NCBI GenBank assembly: GCA_052327205.1
Contig: CM126204.1
Coordinates: 302,498,001 to 302,562,000 of the forward strand
Direction: 5' to 3'
Length of the DNA stretch: 64,000 nucleotides
Source: Somniosus microcephalus
Taxonomy: Eukaryota
Below, piece by piece: positions 24,475-35,665 of the stretch. Both the position numbers and the translations under genes were made by a program. The notes beneath the pieces were generated by a model. It was not told the DNA's origin and made no database searches. It saw nothing but the letters and a program-made list of their open reading frames with translations. Each line of letters begins with the position of its first letter. The first letter of the stretch is position 1.

Positions 24475-25081
24475 ACTTTTCCAGAGCCTCCTGAAGCTGC
24501 TCAATCAGGCAAAGTCAGTGTACAATCTGGTAACATACTGATATGGTCACTTAATGTAATATTTTGCAGTTGGGCGGGGCAGATTTGGCAACACAGACTG
24601 GCTTGCTGGTCAATTTTTCACCACAGTGGCGTGAAACTAACAACCCTTCGCCACTCTGCTCCGGGATACTGCCATTCAGAGATCTCTCAAGTTATTTCCC
24701 TCCTTCCATCCAGAGGTAGCACCCTGTGGAAAATATTTCAAGTCCTTGGTCCTCTCAAATAGAACAAAGTTGCAGAATTTCATTACACAGCTGATGCTAA
24801 AAGATCATATATATTAAAGCAATGCTTCTACTGTCTGTCTTCTATATTTTACTGCTGTAGGCATTGGAATTATTGTTCCATTAGGGGTAATAGGCCAGTT
24901 TGGCACTGTGGATGAGAATCTCGCTTGCTGATGGCGCAAATTGAACATTTTGGGCATGTTCATTTTAATGGTTGGAAAACTATGGGCAGTGCGTGTCAGA
25001 TTTCTGGTTTCCTCTGCCAATGGGTGTAGATCCTTGCTACACCCTCACAACATTATGTACATATACTTTCTTTTAAGTATC

Positions 25082-25888
25082 AGCCTGGAATTTGCGGCCA
25101 GCAGCGAAGCAAAGGCGTTTGCCGCTGGCCTCAAATAAGCACCACACACAGATCTCGCGATCTCTGTATCGAGAGTTTCGTTTTTTCCGATGCGTAATTC
25201 AAATCAGCGCAGGTTAATGGGGATTCCCAGCGAAGAGCTGCTGTGACATCAACAAGCTCTTGTCTAAGCAGCCAATCAAAATGCAGAATTCTCATAGATA
25301 GCGAACCAGGAAGTGAGTAACCTCCCGAAATTATAACTTTATAAAAAAGTTAGAGAGAGCAATATAAAGATTGGGGCATGGGGAAAGGCAAGCCTGAAAT
25401 AAAGATGACCCTACCTTAAAAAAAAAATTAACTTTTTTTAAAGTTTCATTAAAAAATTAATTTTTATTTAAATGGATAAATTTGACCCTGCACAAAATTA
25501 AAATTAGTTTTTCAGGGCCATAACCTTTGTTTAGCAGTCACTAAGCTATTAAAGCCCTTGCTGCACCTAATCCCTTTGGGTCTAGCTTTTAACAGGGTAT
25601 TTAACAGCGTAATTACTGTGGAAGAGTTGAAGTTTTCGTCAGTTTCCATGATTTGAGAGATTACACTGATTGCCGGCTCTATGGGACGGAGGGGTGGGAA
25701 GTCCACAGCACAGCCTGTGGAGGAGCAGTGAATGACAGACCGCAACTTCAGGATTTCCGCGTTAGGCTGTGTGTGCGTGCGTGCGCTAAATCCTGAAGTT
25801 GTGTCCGTTTCAAAGGCATTGGTCAGTTTTTCACCACAGTAGCATGAAACTGTTTGTTCGCCATCATCAGGACTGCAAATTCCGAGCC
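25082..25888. mobile_element. PIF/Harbinger-type MITE
   Basis: Left end AGCCTGGAATTTGCGGCC and right end GGACTGCAAATTCCGAGCC are inverted repeats. GC-rich arms surround an AT-rich centre. Confidence 0.7.
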
Positions 25889-26687
25889 ATTCTCTATTCC
25901 CTCAGTCATTACCTCAGATCACAGTGATATGTATATATTAACTTTAAAATATAAGAGGATATTTAATTTACCTTATATTTCTTGAGGTAAAACATGTTTA
26001 TATTTCTCACTTCTGTCCCCAGTATCATCTTTCCTCTTTCTATGTCAATTATTCAGTTCCATCTTCTATATAGAAAGGAAGCCTTCAACATTTTACCTGC
26101 TCAACTTTCTGATTGTAACAGTTTCTCGAATATTTAGTCATATGTAGTGATCTTACAGTCTACAGTCATAGTGGCATTAATACTTTCATGTAGAAAGTGC
26201 ATTAACTCGTTACATTTGTAACATATTATTTTCTCCATGTAAATATTGTACATGTATGTATCTGTTAGAAGAATGTATCGATATAGTGCAATATAAAAAA
26301 GGTTTGTGACAATTACGTGGTAAGCATCAGGTGGGTACAGTTTATCAGTATTAGTTAGTGTGTGATATCGTCACATACATGAGAATGGTATGCACAGTCC
26401 TTTTAATTGATGCATTCTGAAATGCAGTAAAAACACAACTTCAATCATGTTGACTTTGGTCTATCAAAGCTTCTTCCAAGTGTGACATATAACATTAGTA
26501 GAGAGTGCCCAGTTTGGATTAAAGTTAATGGGATCTGCCGTCTTCTCAATAATTGTCTATATTGACATTTTTAGTCCACCAATGTAAGAAAATGCCACTA
26601 ACAACTTTATTAGTCTACTAATAAAATTCTACATAATGCCAACCTCTTCCTTGGGTTCAAAGATTGAGTTTTAAAAAAAAGCATTGC

Positions 26688-26822
26688 TTGAAAGGTCATC
26701 GACCTGAAATGTTAACTCTGTTTCTCTCTCCACAGATGCTGCCTGGCTGGCTGAGTATTTCCAGCATTTTCTGTTTTTATTTCCGATTTCCAGCATCTGC
26801 AGTATTTTGCTTTTGCTATTTT
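26688..26822 (+). mobile_element. Penelope-associated terminal repeat fragment
   Basis: GAAAGGTCATCGACCTGAAATGTTAACTCTGTTTCTCTCTCCACAGATGCTGCC...CCAGCATCTGCAGT matches my memory of the abundant cartilaginous-fish Penelope-type repeat. Confidence 0.65.
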
Positions 26823-26826
26823 TATT

Positions 26827-27190
26827 GGTCCTGAATTTGCGATTGGAGGTTTCCCACGGGCGGATGCCTCCAAACGGCAAAAAATCTACTCACCTACCTG
26901 ATGGTCCTGGATCCACGGAGACGCGCGCTCCTGGGCGCCTCTGCGTAGACATGCATAGAGACTCGCATATCCCAGGGGCGCAGGCGGTTCGCAAGCACCC
27001 CTGGGGTCACGTGGGCCGGCCCAACGAATGACAGAAGGGGGATCCCCATTTATGCTTATGGGGATTCCGTACATATGGAACCCCCATAAGCATGAATGGG
27101 GAGCACATTCAAAAACACATTTACATAACAAGTAATTTTTTTTAACATATTTAAAATTAATTAAAATACAATTTAATTAAACATTTAAAA
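26827..27190 (-). mobile_element. Half MITE; inverted copy of the right arm of the 31137-31856 element
   Basis: GGTTTCCCACGGGCGGATGCCTCC...CACGTGGGCCGGCCCAAC is the reverse complement of about 31500-31856. The ORF-track peptides also match (WAGPRDPRGA). Confidence 0.8.
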
Positions 27191-28227
27191 TGGGGATGGC
27201 TAAAATCTGTATTTATTTGAAGGCAACATTGACACAGATTATTTTGGTCCTTAGACCTGCCATCTGCTATCCATCACAAAAGAATCTCTTATTCTTGCAT
27301 GGTGAACTTTATTTTCTGCTTTCAAAATCTGTGTTTTCCGCTTTCAAAATCATGTTTTCCATGATTTGTAATGATTAAAATAAATGACAGTATGGTGGTT
27401 GCCGTGTGAGTACTGTACCTCTGATGAGAAGATCTAGGTTAGAATCCTATTGCTATCGTACTGAGGTTTTTCCAGTTTGTCCAGATCATTGCGCATGGTT
27501 GTAGATGGAAGTGACCATGAAATGGAGACTTACTGCACTGCTAAAGTGAAATGAAACATTTGTGTCCGTGGAGGTTTCCAGGCTGGATGAGGGTAGATGT
27601 AGGAAGCCAAGTTCTTTTTGCAGAGTGGGGGAGGGAAGGGCTTGAATGGACAAACACACAAACCACAGCATTTACTCATTGCTAGCAGGGATAAATTTAT
27701 GTCCCTTCTTATCTTGGTGTTAAAATATATAATTAAATTCTCCACAGTTATTTATCTTTTTAATTCAGTTCATTTCAAGCACCTACATTTATGTACAGGC
27801 TGGATATCTATGACAAAATTTGGAGCTGAATTTTCATAGCTTTACTGTATCCTGACTGTTGAGGCCTTGTAAAGGGATCATGTCTCTGTGGAGATACAGT
27901 ATCCTTCTATCCTTTGTGTGAACCGTTGCAGCTTATTTCAAAACATGAAGTCAGCGTTCCCTAAATTCATCCAACGCCTCAAAAGTGTTCCATCTACTCT
28001 TTTTGGTCAAAGTTTGACAGGAAAAATAATCATAAAATCTAATTAAGGAGACAGTTGCAAGAATGTTAAAGACACTTGCAGAACAATAATAGATCAGCGA
28101 TATATACAGTGTGAACTAGCAATAGGATTTCATAAGTTCACATTGTATCAGTTATTTTTGATGGGTGCATTCACCCATATTTTCTAATAGGTAATTAGAA
28201 TGCAATCAAGTTATCAGTAATCTAGTA

Positions 28228-28515
28228 CAGGAAACTTTTTTTTATCCGGGACCGGCGTGATGCCGGTTGATCAAAAAGTTCGGATTACAGAGAGGTATAC
28301 TTACTAAGGTACGAGAGCTCCGTACATTGTCACAGGTGCAGGAGCCCCGGTTACACGGCACTTGTGCAAGAACCCCGGTTACACAGCCACAGACCCAGGA
28401 ACCCCGGTTACACGGCCACTAATATAAAGTAAAACTTACCTGAACCTACTCCTGAATTTTGCCGGTTAAGGGAGGTTTCCGATTATTTAGGTGCCGGTTA
28501 AAAGAGAGTTTCCTG
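28228..28515. mobile_element. Tc1/mariner superfamily (Tigger/pogo-like) MITE
   Basis: TIRs of about 26 bp (CAGGAAACTTTTTTTTATCCGGGACC and GGTGCCGGTTAAAAGAGAGTTTCCTG) with TA on both sides. Confidence 0.85.
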
Positions 28516-28594
28516 TATATGCAAGTAACTTCAATACATTTCACATATATTTTGACATTACTGGAGAGAAGAAAGTGCTCTCACTCAAGATGTT

Positions 28595-28932
28595 GAGGTA
28601 GAAATTGGACCTTGTTGCCCGCATTTTACAGGTGCCCAAAGGTCGGCTGAAAGACATCTAACCCAATGCTGGGTTGGGCCTTTTTTTTAGACGTCATTGG
28701 TGAGTGTTTAAAACTGCCGTCAGGCCCCTTACATATTTAAATGAGAGATCTAACACCTGTTTTAGACTTCTTTGCTAAATTGGGTATCATAGACTGGAGC
28801 AGGAGCGGGACACGCCCCCCCCCGCACCTCCTGGGACATTCCTGCAAATGGACGAGCTGCCTGAGGAGGCGCAACAGACACCGGAAGCTCGCCCACTTAA
28901 TACTATTGAGGCCCATGACCCAATTTTGGACC
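28595..28932. mobile_element. Degraded Harbinger-type MITE
   Basis: Imperfect inverted ends GAGGTAGAAATTGG ... CCAATTTTGGACC and a GC-rich interior. Confidence 0.4.
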
Positions 28933-28967
28933 GGCCTCAGGTCTCTCAATTCTCACTCGCTGCCATC

Positions 28968-29280
28968 CTGAAGGAGTGCTGCATTGTCAGATATTCCATC
29001 CTTCGGTTGCAATGTTAAACTTGTCTGTACACATGGTTCAAGTGAGCTTTAAAGATTCCATGACACTATTTGAAAAAGAACAGTGACTCTTCCTTATGTC
29101 CGAGCAGCATTCTTTCCTAAACCACCTCACCAACAATCTTTCTGCTGTTTGTGGACATTGCTGTGTGCAAAGTTGTGGCATGTTCACCGACCTACAGCAG
29201 TGGCTCCAATTCATTCTGTATGAAGTGTTTTGGGTTGTTTCTGAGTGATGTGATAAGGCAACATATAAATGGAGGTTCTT
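28968..29280 (+). mobile_element. Degraded DeuSINE-like copy
   Basis: GGAGTGCTGCATTGTCAG, AAAGATTCCATGACACTATTTGAA, CTGTTTGTGG and the tail ATATAAATG. Confidence 0.7.
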
Positions 29281-29867
29281 GCTTTGCTGAAATTTAACCC
29301 TTGGTTTCCTTTTTCTTTTGCATATTGATTTTTACAAAGATCAGCCCCTTCTCTCTGCTGCTTCAATAGTCTTTGCCATCAACTTCTCTCATTTAAAACC
29401 TTTCAAATTTTGCTGTTACATTAAGTTGGATAACCATCCAGTTTATTTAAAGTGGAGATTGCAGCTTCAATAATGGCTGCACAATGAGCCTTCCCTCTAG
29501 CTGCCGCTCTGCTATGTGAGCACCGTATAGATAGAGTAAGATTTCACAGTCTTTTCATTTATTTCCATCTTATTTTAAATCGGAGTAGGCAGAGGGCCCC
29601 AAGGCATGACATTTTTTAATTTGCTTGTAGAAAATGAATTGTCCACTTTGTTTTTCTTGGCTGTTTCCTTACCCTGTCACCCTGAGGTTCTCTTACATAT
29701 GCTGCTAATTATTTCAAGATTCGATGACTTGGCAGGCTGCTTTCTACTGTTTTGACTCTGCGGCCTGCAGCCCACTGGAGGGGAGCAGAGAAGGAAGGAC
29801 ACAGATCCTCCCTCCCTAAACACACACACGTACAATTTTTGCCTGCCAGTTTTTAAAGGGACAGTAC

Positions 29868-30145
29868 ACCAGGTGGATGTAAAAGGTCTCATGGCACTAT
29901 TCGAAGAGCAGGGGAGTTCTCCCCGGTGCCTTGGCCATTATTTATCCCTCAACCAACATCACTAAAACAAATTATCTGGTCATTATCACATTGCTGTTTG
30001 TGGAACCTTGCTGTGTGCAAATTGGCTGCTGTGTTTCCTACACTACAACAGTGCCTACACTTCAGAAAAGTACTTACTTGGCTGTAAAGCACTTTGAGAC
30101 ATCTTGAGGTTGTGAAAGGTGCTACATAAATGCAAGTTCTTTATT
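29868..30145 (+). mobile_element. DeuSINE (SacSINE1-like) 3' half
   Basis: Reverse complement of the 3' parts of the copies at 24012 and 32881. It ends GTGAAAGGTGCTACATAAATGCAAGTTCTT. Confidence 0.85.
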
Positions 30146-31136
30146 TTTCTTTTACTATATTTTTATAAAAATTGAACACTAAGTTTTATTCAGCGATTAT
30201 CAAAAATTCCAAAATGAATTATGTACTTTCAACATGGAAAAGAAAGTCAAGCGGGGTATAAAGCAGGCTGCCAATTCGCTATCACCCATTTTGTGCTACC
30301 GCCAGAGACTCCTCTCGCCTCCATCGTGCTTACCACCAATACAACAGCACACAAGTGCTACCAGACACAAGTTGTTTTATCAGTGCAATACAAGAAATAC
30401 AAAATGTGGATGGTGGCTTATTGTAATAGTCTCGCTCAATTTGAGTTCGACAAAATGGTTTCTTCTGTTGTTCCTTTGCTCTTAGAGTGGCGTGAAACAA
30501 GAGCAGTGAATGGGTTACCTATCAGTCTTGTCAGTTGGAGAATGACAGAAAGCATGGGGAGGGGAAACTAAAGAAGGAGAAAATAATGCCCTTGCAAAGT
30601 TTGCATGGTCTCCCTATGTCTCAAACAGATAGCAGCTTACCACATCCCAGTCTCTTACCAATGCTGCTTTAAACTGGCCACCAGGAGATTCACAACAGTG
30701 ACATCTTTCAACCTGCCCCGGTTTCCTATAGAGGCTGACTTGGCCTCAGCTCAATGCTTGTCTTAGTGCCTCCTGTACTCTCCTGATAGATTAAATGCAC
30801 TAAGCCACTGCAGTGCTTAAAAATAATTAACTTTTTAATGTTGGGGAAAGGGAGAGACATTAAATTATGTTTTAGAATCAATATTTGCCTGTTTCCCTAG
30901 AGACATCTAAGTTGACAGAAGAATCGTACTTAATTTTAAATATTACGTAAAAAATTTTTTTTAGTGCACACATAAATAATTTCTGTTCATAACTTGGTTT
31001 GTTTGTCCTTCCTGCTGAAAATCATACAGCTGCAGGACCGGTATCATGAACCTAGAATGTGATCATTTAAAAAAAACAAATCTTATGTGTATGATATCAG
31101 AAACAAAACACCTGCCCCAGCATCACAGCACTCAAT

Positions 31137-31856
31137 GGGCCATATTTTGCGATCCCTATGGTTGCGTACAAGGTGTGTACGTGCCCGTAGGAGCCGCACA
31201 AGTTCTGGGGTTAGGCATGCGAAGCGCATGCACGAAAACCCGGCACTTGCGATCTGTCAAGAATCTTGACAGATCCTCCGCATTCCCGGGAGAAGGGCCT
31301 CCGCGGGTGGAGAGTTGCACTGTTTGCACAACCTCCGCCCACTGAATGCCTGTCAAATTCTTACGCCTGGTAAAAGTAGCGTAAGGCCTGCTTTTACCAG
31401 CATAAGCGTTTTAAAAAATAGAAAAATAAAATTTTATCACTCATTTATAAATTAAAAATACTCTTCAGTAAGGTAGGTTTATTTTTAGCCCCGTAAAAAC
31501 ATATAATTTGTTTTTCCAAAAGAAGTTTTTGTTTAAAATATTTAATTAAATGGCATTTTAATTAATTTTAAATATATAATTTTAAAAAAATGTATTTCAT
31601 GTGTTGGTGTATTTTTTACGTGATCCCCATTCACACTTACTGGAGTTCTTTTATTGGTTGGGCCGGCCCACGTGATCCTAGGGGCGCCTACGAACCACAT
31701 GCGCCTCTGGGATACTTGGGCCTCTACCCGCACGGACCCGGAGAGGCCCAGGATTGCAAGCCTCCGTATCTCCCAGGACACCAGGTACATTTGTAGAATT
31801 TTTGCAGGTCGGAGGCATCCGCCCGCGGGAAACCTTCGATCGCAAAATGTTGGCCC
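31137..31856. mobile_element. Complete PIF/Harbinger-type MITE with 3-bp TSD
   Basis: TIRs GGGCCATATTTTGCGATC and GATCGCAAAATGTTGGCCC; AAT duplicated at 31134-31136 and 31857-31859. Confidence 0.85.
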
Positions 31857-32880
31857 AATATAGCAGATGTGGCAAGAAATGTAACTAAAAAGAATTTTGT
31901 TACTTTAAAAAAAATTTAAACGAATTTATGTACTAATGCATAGATTCCCAGATTAGTGTTATTCTAATGCAGTGTTAACCTTTTTAACTTAAAAGCGTTA
32001 ACCTTGACATCAAAATAATGCTAATTGAAAAACTTAGGCTTTAAGAGTAATTCTGATGATTCAGGCAATGTTACAATACAGTCCTCTCATAAAACAAACA
32101 ACCTTTAATTTGTAATTAAAAAACCTGAAATGTGTTCTGAATTGCTGCATGTAATATTGCAGATACTATTGGCATTCATGAGGCATATATAACAATATTT
32201 CTTTGGCAACTAAAGAAATGTCAACAAAACAGTTTAAAAAAGGTCTAGATGCTTTCTCAGATAATACTTGTGATGTTTCATGGCTTGGCAGTGGCCATGG
32301 GTCTCCTTTGAGGCTTTTTGCCAGAGGCTATGCAGGGTTTGAGGTAGACTGCCAAAATGAGTCACTGCTCAGATTTTTTTTATAATGTCACTCTGCCAAG
32401 GCCTTGGACCCTTTCTATTTTCATTCTTTGTGGGCTTTCCTTCCCACAACAGTGTGGTTTTGCTTTAGCCAGCTGAATGTTTATTTCATGCTAGGTGTCA
32501 TTTCTCCCTCGAGGAACGCCTTCCACACTCCGCCTATACTGAAAGTCACGTTACTTAACAAATCAGAAATTATTTAAAAAAGATTAAACACAAAATCCGT
32601 TGTGCTTTGTCCTGGCACAAGGGTCATCGCCACTATCTTTGGTTAATCTTGCGGTTGTTTATGCTTCCAGAATTTTCCTTTTGTGTTGGATTTACCAGGA
32701 AATGGGACACCCTGGGGGGAATGAAGTATATTCCCCATGATATTTGCAGCATTACAGTAAATGTCCAAAAGGAAGTTCCCAAGTGCTTCTGAAAGACGTT
32801 GAAAAACATATATTTTAAAGCACAGAATACATTTCACAACACTGTCGCTAAACCATTACAAATTCCCATAGTTTAATGAA

Positions 32881-33333
32881 GAAAGAAAGACTTTCATTTA
32901 TATAGCACCTTTCACGACCTCAGGGCGCCCCAAAGCGCTTTACAGCCAATGAAGTACTTTTTGAAATGTAGTCACTGTTGTAATGTAGGAAACGCAGCAG
33001 CCAATTTGCGCACAGCAAGTTCCCACAAATAGCAATGTGATAATGACCAGATAAATTTTTTTTTGTGATGTTGATGAGGGCTAAATATTGGCCAGAACAC
33101 CAGGGATAACTACCTTGCTGTTCTTTGAAATTGTGCTTTGCGATCTTTTACGTCCACCTGAGAGAGCAGACGTGGCCTCGGTTTAATGTCTCATCTGAAA
33201 GATGGCACCTCCGACAATGCAGCGCTCCTTCGGTACTGCACTGGAGTGTCAGCCTGGATTTTTGTGCTCAAGTCTCTGGCATGGGACTTCAACCCACAAC
33301 CTTCTGACTCGGAGGCGAGGGTGCTACCAACTG
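32881..33333 (-). mobile_element. Near full-length DeuSINE (SacSINE1-like)
   Basis: Colinear with 24012-24474, including the B-box region and the (TTTC)n tail. Confidence 0.88.
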
Positions 33334-33800
33334 TTAATACAATGTCAGACAGGCCAAAGTATTCTCCATTCAGTGTTCTAGAAGAATAATCAAAAACACT
33401 CCAAGATTCCAAATGTTGAGTTAAAATATTCTTATTACAGTCATGAAGAAACAAAAGTTTTGTAAGCAGAAAGAAGCTTTTTTGTTCGGAGAAAATATCT
33501 GATCAACTTCCTTTTTGTTTCCATTGATACAATAAGGTAAAATTTCACAAAGCTGTCTGTAAATTCCAGCTCCATTCTTAGAAACTCTTAACATGTATTG
33601 TTAACCCTTGCTGGACTAAATCCTTCTTGCTGAATACATAGGAGATGCTCCACTTTGTACATCTCTCCATCACCGATCGCTAGGGCATTCTTTTCTGTAT
33701 AGTTCCCTAACACTGGACGTCCCACTCAGAACATCTCCCCAGCACCGATCCCCAAAACATTCCACTCAGTGCATTTCCCAGAACCAATCCCTTGGACACA

Positions 33801-35048
33801 CTCCACTCGGTATATCTCCCCAGCCCAGTATCTAGCCCCTGACCAGTACCCCCTGCTCCACTCGGTATATCTCCCCTGACCAGTACCCCCTGCTCCACTT
33901 GGTATATCTCCCCAGCCCAGTGTCTAGTCCCTGACCAGTACCCCCTGCTCCTCTCGGTATATCTCCCCAGCCCAGTGTCTCGCCCCTGACCAGTACCCCC
34001 TGCTCCACTCGGTATATCTCCCCAGCCCAGTGTCTCGCCCCTGACCAGTACCCCCTGCTCCTCTCGGTATATCTCCCCAGCCCAGTGTCTAGTCCCTGAC
34101 CAGTACCCCCTGCTCCACTCGGTATATCTCCCCAGCCCAGTGTCTAATCCCTGACCAGTACCCCCTGCTCCACTCGGTATATCTCCCCAGCCCAGTGTCT
34201 AGTCCCTGACCAGTACCCACTGCTCCACTCGGTATATCTCCCCAGCCCAGTGTCTCCCCTGACCAGTACCCCCTGCTCCACTCGGTATATCTCCCCAGCC
34301 CAGTGTCTCGCCCCTGACCAGTACCCCCTGCTCCACTCGGTATATCTCCCCAGCCCAGTGTCTAGACCCTGACCAGTACCCCCCGCTCCACTCGGTATAT
34401 CTCCCCAGCCCAGTGTCTAGTCCCTGACCAGTACCCCCTGCTCCACTCGGTATATCTCCCCAGCCCAGTGTCTCGCCCCTGACCAGTACCCTCTGCCCCA
34501 CTCGGTATATCTCCCCAGCCCAGTGTCTCGCCCCTGACCAGTACCCCCTGCTCCACTCGGTATATCTCCCCAGCCCAGTGTCTCGCCCCTGACCAGTATC
34601 CCCGCTCCACTCGGTATATCTCCCCAGCCCAGTGTCTCGCCCCTGACCAGTACCCCCTGCTCCACTCGGTATATCTCCCCAGCCCAGTGTCTAGTCCCTG
34701 ACCAGTACCCCCTGCTCCACTCGGTATATCTCCCCAGCCCAGTGTCTAGTCCCTGACCAGTACCCCCTGCTCCACTCGGTATATCTCCCCAGCCCAGTGT
34801 CTAGTCCCTGACCAGTACCCCCTGCCCCACTCGGTATATCTCCCCAGCCCAGTGTCTCGCCCCTGACCAGTACCCCCTGCTCCACTCGGTATATCTCCCC
34901 AGCCCAGTGTCTCGCCCCTGACCAGTACCCCCTGCTCCACTCGGTATATCTCCCCAGCCCAGTGTCTCGCCCCTGACCAGTACCCCCTGCTCCACTCGGT
35001 ATATCTCCCCAGCCCAGTGTCTAGCCCCTGACCAGTACCCCCTGCTCC
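33801..35048. repeat. Minisatellite, 55-bp unit CTCCACTCGGTATATCTCCCCAGCCCAGTGTCTCGCCCCTGACCAGTACCCCCTG, about 23 copies
   Basis: Directly visible tandem array with CGCC/AGTC variants. Confidence 0.98.
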
Positions 35049-35199
35049 AGTCTTTTAGCCAATTTCTCATTGAACTCCAAATTTTACCTCAAACAGGCAT
35101 TACCCTTAGCTTCTGAGGCAGTTGTTCATGTGGAGTTTTATCAGACTTTCTTCAAGTCTGGCTATAACACATCATAGAGTCTTGCAATATCCACTTAAA

Positions 35200-35660
35200 C
35201 TAGGGTTGTGGGACAGAGAGTGTCAGAATGATGAAGGTAGATTGAGAGCTGAGCAGGGAATAGTGCCAGCATGAAGTTAGACAAAGGGATGAAGAGTGAG
35301 TGGTTGAACTGGTGAAGGGGGGAGGGGTAGGAAGAAGAGTACCAGCATGATCTAGGGGAGTTGGAATCACTTGAATTGAGGGGGGTGCGGCGGGGGTGGT
35401 GGGGGAGCTGAGGACAAGGTTGCAGGGTTGAATTTGGGAGCGGGTGGGGGCAGGTGTCAAGGAGGAATAGAGCCAGTATGAACTCGGGGGGAGGGGGGTG
35501 TTGCTGGCAGAGGAGAGTGCTAGCTTTAACTGTGGAAGAGGAGGAGCAGAGTGCCAGCATGAACTAAGAGGCTTGGAGCAGGAGAGAATGCTTCTGTGAA
35601 TTAGGTGGCGACTGAACTGAGTAATGAGGAGCTAGAGTGCCTCTGAATTAGGGGGCTGGT
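35200..35660. repeat. Degenerate purine/G-rich tandem repeat
   Basis: AGAGTGCCAGCATGAA-like cores recur at about 35217, 35261, 35336, 35468, 35514, 35548 and 35634, separated by G runs. Confidence 0.6.
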
Positions 35661-35665
35661 CGGAG

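Noticed and set aside
33707-35070. Repetitive Gly/Trp-rich ORFs as a repeat protein, or a CRISPR array
   Set aside because: The 55-bp unit is not a multiple of 3, so frames rotate and stop. These are translation artefacts of a minisatellite with no spacers.
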